A stretch of 33,759 nucleotides of DNA from Cyanobacteria bacterium J06626_4. Its GTDB lineage: Bacteria; Cyanobacteriota; Cyanobacteriia; Phormidesmidales; Phormidesmidaceae. The stretch is from NCBI GenBank assembly GCA_038523235.1, contig JBCBJQ010000064.1, positions 1 through 33,759 of the forward strand, given 5' to 3'. The position numbers and the translations under genes are program-made. Each line of letters opens with the position of its first letter. The stretch's first letter is position 1. The notes beneath the pieces are model-generated. The model saw only the letters and a list, made by a program, of their open reading frames with translations. It was not told the DNA's origin and searched no databases. Positions 9,684 through 18,909 of the stretch are shown one piece after another.

Positions 9684-9710
9684 CCCACCCATTCTTCTTC
9701 CCACCCACCC

Positions 9711-10832
9711 ATGACTGCACTGCTCGAAATTGAAAACGTCACCGTCAGCTTTGACGGTTTCAAAGCGCTCAACGATCTCAACTTCGCCATGAATGAAGGC
9801 GAACTGCGCGTCATCATTGGCCCCAACGGCGCGGGCAAAACCACCTTTTTAGATGTCATTACGGGCAAGGTGCAGCCCACCACTGGCCAAGCCCGCTTCA
9901 AAGGCAAAGACCTCAAAAAACAGGCCGAGCACACCATTGCCCGGTTGGGCATTGGCCGCAAGTTTCAAACACCGCGCATTTACCTTAACCTCACCCCCCG
10001 CGAAAATCTGGAACTCTCCTGCAACCGCGACAAAAACGTGTTTGCCACCCTGTTCAAAAAAACGCCCACCGCTGAAAAACGCACCGTGGGCGGCCTGCTC
10101 GAAACCATCGGCTTAGATCACAAAGCCGATGTACCCGCCGCGCTGCTGTCTCACGGCGAAAAGCAATGGTTGGAAATTGGCATGTTAGTGGCGCAGTCGC
10201 CGGACCTCTTGCTGGTCGATGAACCGGTGGCGGGGCTCACCGATGAAGAAACCGAGCAAACCGGCAACTTATTGATTTCCTTAGCACAAAGCCATTCCAT
10301 CATTGTGATTGAGCATGATATGGAATTTGTGCGCCAAATCGCCCGCCAGGTCACCGTCTTGCACGAAGGGTCGGTGCTCTGCGAAGGCACGATGGATGAA
10401 GTGCAAAACGATCCCCGTGTGATTGAGGTCTACCTGGGCCAAGAAACCAGCATCACCCCAGAGCAAATGCTGCTGCTACGCATTGCCGCAACGATGGCCT
10501 GGGCCGATAATAATTTTGATCCGGTGCAACAATCCCTAATTTTGGAACGGCTGAGCCAGCAATTTTCCTCAGATGCCGAGGAACAGGCTCAGCTCAAAGC
10601 AGACCTGAATAATCTGCTGGGCAAAAACATTCCCCTAGAAGAATTGGTGCCGCAACTCACCTCCGATACCCAACGAGAACAAGCACTGATGCTGAGCTAC
10701 GAAGTGATTAGCTCGAATCAGATCAATCCTCTCGAAGCCAACCTTTATCAACAGCTAGTGAACCTGCTGCGGGTACCGCCCGAAACTGTGAGTCGTCTTG
10801 AAGCCGCTGCCCTGGAGAACTTGAAATCATGA
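9711..10832 (+). CDS. urtD: Urea ABC transporter ATP-binding protein UrtD with C-terminal TerB-like domain
   Basis: GPNGAGKT, GIGRKFQTP, LSHGEKQWLEIGM, VIEVYLG, then about 130 extra aa; ATG at 9711. Confidence 0.93.
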   Translation: MTALLEIENVTVSFDGFKALNDLNFAMNEGELRVIIGPNGAGKTTFLDVITGKVQPTTGQARFKGKDLKKQAEHTIARLGIGRKFQTPRIYLNLTPRENLELSCNRDKNVFATLFKKTPTAEKRTVGGLLETIGLDHKADVPAALLSHGEKQWLEIGMLVAQSPDLLLVDEPVAGLTDEETEQTGNLLISLAQSHSIIVIEHDMEFVRQIARQVTVLHEGSVLCEGTMDEVQNDPRVIEVYLGQETSITPEQMLLLRIAATMAWADNNFDPVQQSLILERLSQQFSSDAEEQAQLKADLNNLLGKNIPLEELVPQLTSDTQREQALMLSYEVISSNQINPLEANLYQQLVNLLRVPPETVSRLEAAALENLKS

Positions 10833-11581
10833 CCAGTACGCAACCCGCTCCGCTTGAGGCCACTTCACTCACGGCACCCATGCTGAAGGTCTCTGGACTC
10901 AACTTTTTCTACGGAGAAAGCCACATTCTGCGCAATGTCGATATGACCGTGCCCAAAGGACAGATGGTCTGCCTCATCGGGCGCAACGGTGTCGGTAAAA
11001 CGACGCTGCTCAACAATGTGATGGGACTGCTCTCACCCCGTACCGGTGATATTCACTATGAGGGTCAGTCGGTGCTCAAGGTGTCCCCCGACCAGCGCGC
11101 CCGCCGGGGCATCGGCTATGTGCCTCAGGGCCGCGAGATCATTCCGCGCCTGACCGTGAAGGAAAATCTGATTATTGGGCAAGAAGCGCTAGGAGATCGC
11201 GGTCAAAAATCTGCCGACATTCCCGCTGAAATCTTTGAGCTGTTTCCCGTTCTAGAAACTATGCTGAGTCGCATGGGCGGTGATTTGAGTGGCGGTCAAC
11301 AACAGCAGTTGGCGATCGCCCGTGCCCTGATGGGTCGGCCCAAACTCCTGGTGCTCGACGAGCCCACCGAAGGCATTCAACCCTCCATCATTTTGGATAT
11401 CGAAGCCGCCGTGCGCCGCATTATCGCGACCACCGGCATTTCCGTTCTATTGGTAGAGCAACACCTGCACTTTGTCCGCCAGGCAGATTTTTACTACGCC
11501 ATGCAAAAAGGCGGCATCGTCGCCTCTGGCCCCACGACAGAACTCAGCAACGCCGTCATTCAAGAGTTCCTGGCGGTGTAG
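10829..11581 (+). CDS. urtE: Urea ABC transporter ATP-binding protein UrtE
   Basis: YGESHIL, GRNGVGKT, YVPQGREI, LSGGQQQQLAIARAL, DEPTEGIQP; ATGA overlap with the urtD stop. Confidence 0.96.
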   Translation: MTSTQPAPLEATSLTAPMLKVSGLNFFYGESHILRNVDMTVPKGQMVCLIGRNGVGKTTLLNNVMGLLSPRTGDIHYEGQSVLKVSPDQRARRGIGYVPQGREIIPRLTVKENLIIGQEALGDRGQKSADIPAEIFELFPVLETMLSRMGGDLSGGQQQQLAIARALMGRPKLLVLDEPTEGIQPSIILDIEAAVRRIIATTGISVLLVEQHLHFVRQADFYYAMQKGGIVASGPTTELSNAVIQEFLAV

Positions 11582-11852
11582 GGCTGACGAGCAGACAGTG
11601 GCATCGTCCACAGACCATTTTTGCCTGACTGGCGGCAAGGGGACAAAAACATTAGCGGGACTGAGAGTAGAAAGGTGCCGGGTTCCAGGTACAGGGAAGA
11701 GCCTTGCCGCCAGCGATCCGGCGATTGAGAGTGTCTAAACCTGACTGCGGCTCGCTATACGCTCGGAATGCCGAATTGCCAGGTTCATCAGATGACGATT
11801 GCAGCGATCGGGGAGTGACTTGCCCCAACTGCAGATTGTGATAGCTTTTTTC

Positions 11853-12320
11853 CTAAGGCAGATATTTTTGCACCACCACCCAGCCTGTCCAAGAAACGAG
11901 CGCTAAAGCCAACATCAGCAGACCATTAATGCTGAGATGCAGCGACCGCGCCCAAGGTGTGTTGGGATTATTAATTCGAGTGGCTGACCAAGCAGATGTC
12001 AGCGTGAGGCCAACAACCGTTAAACCCATGATCAGATGGGGTGAATGGCCCAGACTACCAAAATGGCCTAAGGTGCCTACGACCCCGATCGCCAGTAACA
12101 GCAATACTGTCAGCGTCAGCAGTATCCCCAATCCCACGTGGAGGCGGCGCAAACTTAACCAAAGTTGCGGCGGTGCTGCGATCGCGGGCACCGTTTCCCC
12201 CTGCAGCCGCTGGTATCGCATCCAGCCGCCGAGGGTCGCCAAGCACACAAACAGCAACACGGTCAGCCCCATTGACCAAGCCGCAATTTTCCATAACCAA
12301 ATGAAAGAGGGTAGATCCAC
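11853..12320 (-). CDS. DUF4079 family membrane protein (cytochrome b561-like His pattern)
   Basis: LPSFIWLWKIAAWSMG, GTLGHFGSLGHSPH, VVQKYLP; four TM helices with conserved His. Confidence 0.8.
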   Translation of the reverse strand: MDLPSFIWLWKIAAWSMGLTVLLFVCLATLGGWMRYQRLQGETVPAIAAPPQLWLSLRRLHVGLGILLTLTVLLLLAIGVVGTLGHFGSLGHSPHLIMGLTVVGLTLTSAWSATRINNPNTPWARSLHLSINGLLMLALALVSWTGWVVVQKYLP

Positions 12321-12338
12321 AACGCGTTGGTGCTGCGA

Positions 12339-12968
12339 CTAATTCTGCAAGGCTTCTAGAATACCACCGGTCACGACTGCACCATCGAGACAGGCGCCCT
12401 CCCAGACGGCACCGTCTCCCTCAGCACAGACGAGATTCGCCTCGGTCAAGTTAGCCCCCCGCAAAATCGCGCCGGAGAGATTGACCTCTTCTAAATTGGC
12501 CTTAGAGAGGTTAGCGCCCGATAAATTAGCATGGCTGAAATCGGCTTGCTGTAGATTAGTGCCGCTCAGGTTAGCTCCGCGTAAATCAGCCCCGCGAAAG
12601 TCGGTACTGCTCAGATCGGTCTGACTAAACATCGCACCCGCCATAAAAGCACCGGCGAAGCTGGTTTGGTGGAACTGGGCTTCAATAAAAACGCAACCCT
12701 GCAGTTCGGCATTGCGGAAATCGGCCTCTCGCAGGTCAGCCCCCCCCAAGTTAGCCCCCCGCAGGTTACTTCGGAGGTTGCTGTGTTGCAGATTAGCGCC
12801 GGCCAAATTAGCCCCGGCCAGATTGGCTTTGGCAAAATCGACGGTGGCTAACTGGGCTCCTGACAAGTCAACGCCCGCTAGGTTAGCGTCCTGCAGCGTC
12901 TGGTATTGGCCGTTGCGAATTGCCGAGACGTCAAGGCTGGATGGGGTCAGTTCGGAAGAGGCATTCAT
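12339..12968 (-). CDS. Pentapeptide repeat protein
   Basis: Tandem A(N/D)LxG repeats throughout; 4-bp overlap with the upstream gene. Confidence 0.93.
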   Translation of the reverse strand: MNASSELTPSSLDVSAIRNGQYQTLQDANLAGVDLSGAQLATVDFAKANLAGANLAGANLQHSNLRSNLRGANLGGADLREADFRNAELQGCVFIEAQFHQTSFAGAFMAGAMFSQTDLSSTDFRGADLRGANLSGTNLQQADFSHANLSGANLSKANLEEVNLSGAILRGANLTEANLVCAEGDGAVWEGACLDGAVVTGGILEALQN

Positions 12969-14377
12969 GAGGCAATGTCTGAGCTAGCGCTTTTAGGGGA
13001 GGAAGATTCTTCGAGCCAGACCTTGGGCAATTGACTGGGACGGTCAGGCAGTTGCATCATGCCGATTTCGGTCAGTCGTACGACCGTGGTTAAATGCTCC
13101 AGCAGGGTCGGATCAAAGCGAGTACCGCTGTGCTGATCACATTTTTCGAGGGCATCCCCCAGGGCGAGCGCGGGACGATTCCCTCGCGACTGGGTGAGTT
13201 CTTGAAAATGGGCCGAGAGCCGCAAAATGCGCGATTCCAGCGGAATCGCTTCACCGCGGAGGCCGTCGGGCCGACCACTCCCATCCCAGTTTTCCAGCTG
13301 ATGGTTAATGATTTCCCGCACAGGTTCCAGTTCGGTCATCGCGGCGAGCAGCTGAGCGCCGAGGTAGGCGCGATTGTTCCACGTCACCAAATCGGACTCT
13401 CTTAACTGACTGGCCGGCCGCTCAAACACATCAATGGGAGCTTCGGCCAAGCCAATGCGAAACAGCAGTCCGGCTAGACGTAACCGCCGCAAACTAAGCG
13501 TGGGCAAGTCCAAAATTTGTCCGAGAGTTTCGGCGAGGGCGGCAACCTGTAAAGACGCGAGGGGGTTATCGCGATCGCGCTCATCAACGCGCTGAGCCAT
13601 CCGTAAAAACGCCTGCAGCTTGTTCGCCGTCAGATTGCGATTGATGCGTAGGGCATGACCCTCTAATTCCCACAGCTCACGGGCTTGCCGGCTGGCTGTG
13701 ATCAGATGCTCTTGACTGTCCTGCAGGTAATTGACGATGCGCGAAACGACGCTGGTGAGGTCAACCGGCGCGGTGCTGGGAGCCGCACTCATGCGGTTCT
13801 GCATTTCGTGGAGGCGATCGGCCAGACCCTCATCGTAGGGGCGCAGACGCTCAATCAAAATGGTGGCGGCAGCTTCTACCGCCGCGCGATCGAAGGTCCA
13901 CAGGCCATAAAATTTACGCTCGACGTCACTACGCGGCTGATTGTCGGCCTGATATTCCTCTGCCGACAGCTCATGGCACAACACCATCGCCGTGTAGCCC
14001 GGAGCCACAATGATCAAATTCCACTCATTGACCAAGCTATCGTCGGGGTCTAGCTCAAGCAGAGAGACGTTAGACAGTTGCCCGGTTGGATGGGTTTCAA
14101 AGCCACTATCGGCACAGGCCGAAACAGCGACATGTTCAGACTGCTGGGCAATGTCTAAGTAGCGGTCAGCTTCTTGCAAATACCACTTACCTTCTTGAAA
14201 GGTCACCAATACCAGCGGCTGCTGGTCAGCATGCTCGGCAGTACTTTTGAGAATATGGTCTTCTAACGCATGGCAGAGCGCAATCAGCGTGTTTTTAAAG
14301 TAAACGCGATAGCTAGAGGGCAACTGCCCAGCGGGTAATGCGGCCTTCAGTTGATTAAGTGTAGATTCTGAGTCCAT
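12965..14377 (-). CDS. DICT sensory domain plus degenerate HD-GYP domain protein
   Basis: YFKNTLIALCHALED, FQEGKWYLQEADRY, ERKFYGLWTFD (DICT); ENWDGSGRPDGLRGEAIPLESRIL and SGTRFDP (HD-GYP-like). Confidence 0.85.
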   Translation of the reverse strand: MDSESTLNQLKAALPAGQLPSSYRVYFKNTLIALCHALEDHILKSTAEHADQQPLVLVTFQEGKWYLQEADRYLDIAQQSEHVAVSACADSGFETHPTGQLSNVSLLELDPDDSLVNEWNLIIVAPGYTAMVLCHELSAEEYQADNQPRSDVERKFYGLWTFDRAAVEAAATILIERLRPYDEGLADRLHEMQNRMSAAPSTAPVDLTSVVSRIVNYLQDSQEHLITASRQARELWELEGHALRINRNLTANKLQAFLRMAQRVDERDRDNPLASLQVAALAETLGQILDLPTLSLRRLRLAGLLFRIGLAEAPIDVFERPASQLRESDLVTWNNRAYLGAQLLAAMTELEPVREIINHQLENWDGSGRPDGLRGEAIPLESRILRLSAHFQELTQSRGNRPALALGDALEKCDQHSGTRFDPTLLEHLTTVVRLTEIGMMQLPDRPSQLPKVWLEESSSPKSASSDIAS

Positions 14378-14540
14378 CCCAATTTATGCCGCATGGTTAA
14401 AACGTGAGTGATCGACGTCATTAGTCTTAAGCAACGGTGTCGCTTACCGTTTTCACTCATGACATTGTACTGGAAAGCGGTTTTCCCTCGGTTGCTCTAT
14501 TACTGATGAGTAACAAGCCGCCTGACTCGCCGCGCCTCAC

Positions 14541-15311
14541 TTAAGCGGCAGCCTTAGCCGCAGCTCGCCTGGGAAAGTCAGTGATATTAGCCACGCCGTA
14601 GAGGGTCAGCTGCTGGTTACGGAGGCGGAGCTGGTCAACCCGTAGTTGCATCCCGTCTAAGGCAAATTTATCTAGGTCAAGCAGGTCGTTGAGATGACCA
14701 ACCAGCGCTTTACTCAGCTCTAGCCCCTCAGCAACGTTACCGTAATCGACCTGAACGAACTGAATCTTGCGCCGGTCTTTCACTTCCACTTGCGTCGTGA
14801 AGTTGACGGCGGTCGGTTCACTGGCTGCGCCTACACGAACCTGGCTTTGAAACCGCAGCGAGCCGTTGCTTTCAACTTCGAGCTGAGTTTCGTCAAAGTG
14901 CAGCGGCTGCCCCTCAAAGGTGAGTTGCTGCAGCTTCTCAATTAAAAAGGGCGTATTAAAAGACGCGTTCAGGTCGGCTTCACTCAGAACGATGCGCATG
15001 TTGGCCTGGGTTGACTGCTTGAGCTTCACTTGGCCTCTAAAAATCGCCCCAAAATCGATGGAAACCGACTGCACGTAAAATTCCATCGACTGCACGCGCA
15101 AGCCGCTATACATCAGCAGGCCTTTACCCATAAAGTCAAAGCCATCGACGCTGCCCTGCAGGAGCTTGGCCACTGGCTCGGCCCGCACAATCGCCTCTAG
15201 CTTCTCTGTCTGCTTAAAGAGCGCGGAAATGGCGGTGGTTACAGCTCGGCTGACGACACGATCGCCACTTTGACCAGGAACGGGCAAGTTACCAAACACG
15301 ATTGATGTCAT
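14541..15311 (-). CDS. DUF2993 / LmeA-like protein
   Basis: KLLQGSVDG, VSID...IFRGQVKL, LSEADLNASFN. Confidence 0.78.
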   Translation of the reverse strand: MTSIVFGNLPVPGQSGDRVVSRAVTTAISALFKQTEKLEAIVRAEPVAKLLQGSVDGFDFMGKGLLMYSGLRVQSMEFYVQSVSIDFGAIFRGQVKLKQSTQANMRIVLSEADLNASFNTPFLIEKLQQLTFEGQPLHFDETQLEVESNGSLRFQSQVRVGAASEPTAVNFTTQVEVKDRRKIQFVQVDYGNVAEGLELSKALVGHLNDLLDLDKFALDGMQLRVDQLRLRNQQLTLYGVANITDFPRRAAAKAAA

Positions 15312-15342
15312 CTCGCCTTAAAGGAATAAAAAGCATAGCTAC

Positions 15343-15360
15343 ATTGTAACTATTTGTAAA
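15343..15360 (-). promoter_or_regulatory. HLR1 (RpaB-binding) motif overlapping a -10 element
   Basis: Minus strand TTTACAAA-TA-GTTACAAT matches (G/T)TTACA(T/A)(T/A)-N2-(G/T)TTACA(T/A)(T/A) exactly and contains TACAAT. Confidence 0.8.
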
Positions 15361-15548
15361 AAGATATTGCGTTTCCCGTGAATAAAAATCCTATGGCCAA
15401 CATAAATGATCAATATCACTGCTATCGCAACATCGCAGCTTTCCTTTGCCACACTAGCTCAATTCCGCCAGCCTTTGGTGATTAGAGCTCTGGGCTAGCG
15501 GTCTTAGCCATCTCCCTGGGCATGATTAAGGGCGCTCGGGCGGCAGCG

Positions 15549-16304
15549 TTAGAAAGCGGCCAGAGCCACAAACAAGCTATCCACTAGCAAGGTGCCGAGT
15601 AAGGTACCGCTGAAGACCCAATGGTGCCGCTGGGGCGATCGCCAGGTCTGCCAGGCCAAAATCAACAGGCCGCTGGCCGCCACGATCGCCGTCACGGCAC
15701 CCTCACGGGTCTGCACCTGGGCAAAGCCCGCCTGCACAATCCCTAACGATTGGGCCGGTGGCGACACCATCAGTTGACGCCAATAGGGCATCAAATTGAG
15801 CCGATAGAAATAAAGGTCAGTGATCGCTGTGCCCAGCAGTGAACCTAGATAAAAGCAATGGCCCACCTTGCCCCAGCCGCGATGTAGGCCCCAAAGGGCG
15901 ATCGGCAGACCAATCGATTCAATCGGCAGATGCCACAGCGGCTCCCAGCGAAACCAGCCCCAATAGATCGCCCCGGCGAGCCAGCTCCAGCTCAGCCCCA
16001 GCAGCAAATCTCCGAGAAACTCAGTTGGCGGATGACGCGATAGGCGAACACTGCCCCAGAGCCAAAGGCCTGTCAAGGCCACACTGATCCACGGCACCGT
16101 TCTGACTAAAGGCGCTTCAAAAAAAACGGGCACGGAAACCAACAAAATCCCCAGCGTGGCACCAATCCACGGAGATTGGGGATTGAGTAGTAGAGTCTTG
16201 CCAAAGAGCGCGGTTTGTTTAGTAGCAAAAGCGGCAAAAGCAGAATTTTCTTTGAGACTATCGATCAAGGTTAGATGCCCGTTGCGAGAATTGGAATCGT
16301 TCAT
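15549..16304 (-). CDS. DUF3120 family membrane protein (start uncertain)
   Basis: LVSVPVFFEAPLVR, WSWLAGAIYWGWFRWEPLWHLPIE, FYLGSLLGTAITDLYF. Confidence 0.88.
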   Translation of the reverse strand: MNDSNSRNGHLTLIDSLKENSAFAAFATKQTALFGKTLLLNPQSPWIGATLGILLVSVPVFFEAPLVRTVPWISVALTGLWLWGSVRLSRHPPTEFLGDLLLGLSWSWLAGAIYWGWFRWEPLWHLPIESIGLPIALWGLHRGWGKVGHCFYLGSLLGTAITDLYFYRLNLMPYWRQLMVSPPAQSLGIVQAGFAQVQTREGAVTAIVAASGLLILAWQTWRSPQRHHWVFSGTLLGTLLVDSLFVALAAF

Positions 16305-16623
16305 TCGAGAAACGCCTTTTCGTTGCGTTTTTAGAAGCTGTACTACGAGTTATTTCTGACTTTTGCTAAAGATTGTTGCCGGCTAAAAAGATCCAAATGT
16401 CTAAATACGGCTTTTATGTTTGGGAGTAGCTAATGACGCTAGATTGAGTTACAGAGGCTAGGATGCTGATTCGCCAAGAAGCCTTGGAGCCCTAAGTTAG
16501 GCGGGCTTAAGAATATCCTAAGCCTTATCCCCCTAGGGGGGATGTTAGCGTATAAAAGGAGAGCTCGCAGGCGATTCCTAGAATGTCTGTTAAAGTCTCC
16601 CCAAAAGTCATCGAGGAAAAGTT

Positions 16624-17826
16624 TTGGTTACTACCGCTCACAACGTCCAAGAAAACATTCAACCCTCGGATGTTCAATCGCCTGTCCAAGACCGGGTTGC
16701 GGTTCTCTTGATGGGGTACGGGGAAGTTGAGAGTTACGAAGATTTTGCCAACTACAACGAACAGGCCCTCAATCTCCTCACGGCCAAATTTGCTCCTGTT
16801 CCCACCTGGGTGTATCCGCCTCTGGCCAAACTGCTGGCCATGTTTGATCTGCATGAGTGGAGCCACCAACACGATCAGTTTATTTCTCCCCACAATGCGA
16901 TTTTTGAAAAGCAGCGCGCGGGCATTGAGCAAGAACTGCAGTCGCAATGGGGCGATCGCGTTGAAGTCTTTAAGGCGTTTAACTTTTGCAAGCCATTTCT
17001 GCCCGAGCAGGTGTTAGAGACGGTTAAAGCCCAGGGCTTCACAAAGCTGTTGATTTACCCGCTGCTGGTGGTGGATTCCATCTTTACCAGCGGCATCGCG
17101 GTTGAGCAGGTGAACAACGCCTTGGCCAAGCTCAGTGAGGGCAGCGAACATTGGGTCAAAGGGGTGCGATATATTCCCTCTTTCTTCAACGAACCGGCCT
17201 ATCTGGATCTGATGGTGCAGATGGTTGAGGAGAAGATTGAAGCTGAACTTGCCAATGCCTATTTACCCTCACAAATCGGCATCATTTTGATGAATCACGG
17301 CTGTCCCTTTGAAGCCAAAGGGTTTACTTCTGGCATCGATGAGAGCCAGATGCTCTATGAGCGTGTGCGAGAGCGCCTGATTCACCGTTATCCTTTGATT
17401 TCGGTTGGCTGGCTCAACCATCAGACGCCGCTGATTAAATGGACTCAGCCCAATACCAAGCTGGCGGCTCAAAACTTAATTGAGCTCGGCGCAAAGGCTC
17501 TGGTGTTTATGCCTATTGGATTTGCCACCGAAAACCACGAAACACTGTTGGATGTAGACCACATCATTGAAACTGTGCGGGCTAAGCACAAAGATGTTTC
17601 GTTCATTCAGATGCCCTGCGTGAACGACCATCCGATATTTTTGACGATGGTGGCAGATTGGGCCAACGATCACATCCGCGCTTTGTTGGAAGCAGAACCC
17701 CTCGCGGTCAATCCGGGGCTAGCGATCGCCCAAGCTCAGGCTCAGGCCAACCATGAACATGCTCACGGTCATTCGCATAATCATGGCCATACCCACGAGC
17801 ATCATGGTCATACTCACAGTCACTAA
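16624..17826 (+). CDS. Ferrochelatase-family (class II) chelatase paralog with poly-His tail
   Basis: LLMGYGE, NHG catalytic His, W..P, PIGFATENHETLLD, PCVNDHP; TTG start with GAGG; no CAB domain. Confidence 0.85.
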   Translation: MVTTAHNVQENIQPSDVQSPVQDRVAVLLMGYGEVESYEDFANYNEQALNLLTAKFAPVPTWVYPPLAKLLAMFDLHEWSHQHDQFISPHNAIFEKQRAGIEQELQSQWGDRVEVFKAFNFCKPFLPEQVLETVKAQGFTKLLIYPLLVVDSIFTSGIAVEQVNNALAKLSEGSEHWVKGVRYIPSFFNEPAYLDLMVQMVEEKIEAELANAYLPSQIGIILMNHGCPFEAKGFTSGIDESQMLYERVRERLIHRYPLISVGWLNHQTPLIKWTQPNTKLAAQNLIELGAKALVFMPIGFATENHETLLDVDHIIETVRAKHKDVSFIQMPCVNDHPIFLTMVADWANDHIRALLEAEPLAVNPGLAIAQAQAQANHEHAHGHSHNHGHTHEHHGHTHSH

Positions 17827-17859
17827 TTGTTGACTGTCCGTCATCACTAAGGTCACAAC

Positions 17860-17914
17860 AAGAGCCGCTTTTTGCCTGCTCATCTTGAGCACAATCGAGC
17901 TCAGAGCGGCTTTT
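17860..17914 (+). terminator. Possible terminator hairpin after the chelatase gene
   Basis: AAGAGCCGCT...AGCGGCTTTT with an inner GCTCA/TGAGC stem. Confidence 0.4.
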
Positions 17915-18072
17915 GGACGGGGCCGTCTGACGTCCCCTTGAGATGTTGACGCTCCCAAGGTCAATGATGCGATCGCGGCACGGCTTGATCGCCCGATTAC
18001 AGGGATCAATCAGACCTGGTGGTGCGACTCGCAGACGCGGCCGTTTCCCGTCATGGACGCTATCGTAGAGGC

Positions 18073-18789
18073 ATGAAGCCACTCATTGAACTCCGCCAGG
18101 TCAGCAAGGTCTATGGTATTGACAATACTGAGGTTCGGGCGCTCTGGGATGTCAACCTGACCGTTGAACCCGGCGAATATTGCTCAATCATGGGGCCATC
18201 GGGGTCGGGTAAATCCACCGCGATGAACTTGATTGGCTGCCTCGATCGCCCCACGTCGGGAGACTATTATTTAGACGGTGAAAATGTGGCCGAGCTGGAT
18301 GATGATGCCTTAGCCCATATCCGCAACCGCAAAATCGGCTTCGTGTTTCAGCAGTTTCATCTGTTGCCTCAGCTCACTGCGCTCGAAAACGTCATGTTGC
18401 CCATGGTGTATTCGGGCATTCCCAGCTCAGAGCGCCAAGAACGGGCGGCGGCAGCCTTGAAACAGGTCAAACTAGCCGATCGTATGAACAATCGACCGAC
18501 CCAACTCTCGGGGGGGCAACAGCAGCGCGTGGCCATCGCGCGCGCGATCGTCAACCAGCCCTTGTTAGTGCTGGCAGATGAACCTACCGGCGCTTTGGAC
18601 TCTCACACCACGCAGGATGTGCTTGGCATCTTTTCAGAACTTAATGCGACGGGCATCACCGTGGTGATGGTGACCCATGAACCGGATGTCGCACGCCTGA
18701 CCCGCCGTATTGTGTGGTTTCGCGATGGTGAGGTCGTTGATGCCAACTTAACGCCTGCAGATATTGGCCACCTCACGGCCACGGTCTGA
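18073..18789 (+). CDS. ABC transporter ATP-binding protein (LolD/MacB/DevA-like), no adjacent permease
   Basis: [46 protein letters not shown] at 18073. Confidence 0.93.
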   Translation: MKPLIELRQVSKVYGIDNTEVRALWDVNLTVEPGEYCSIMGPSGSGKSTAMNLIGCLDRPTSGDYYLDGENVAELDDDALAHIRNRKIGFVFQQFHLLPQLTALENVMLPMVYSGIPSSERQERAAAALKQVKLADRMNNRPTQLSGGQQQRVAIARAIVNQPLLVLADEPTGALDSHTTQDVLGIFSELNATGITVVMVTHEPDVARLTRRIVWFRDGEVVDANLTPADIGHLTATV

Positions 18790-18909
18790 GCGATCGCCCC
18801 ACTTTTTTGTCAGCCAAGGCGTTCCCGATCACGACAGATTTGATATAACTACAGGCGAACAGTTGCTAGAGAAGCTGAGACGCTATATCTGGTCTCGGGA
18901 GGGTTTTTT

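Noticed and set aside
9561..9710. N-terminal extension of UrtD in the ORF track (similarly trpA 1139, ureF 3192, ABC ATPase 18019)
   Set aside because: The UrtD extension runs through a REP-like repeat; in each case homology begins at the downstream ATG
16305..16620. c-di-AMP (ydaO) riboswitch often found upstream of DUF3120 genes
   Set aside because: The conserved GCTGAATCC and AGCTAAC elements are not visible on the minus strand
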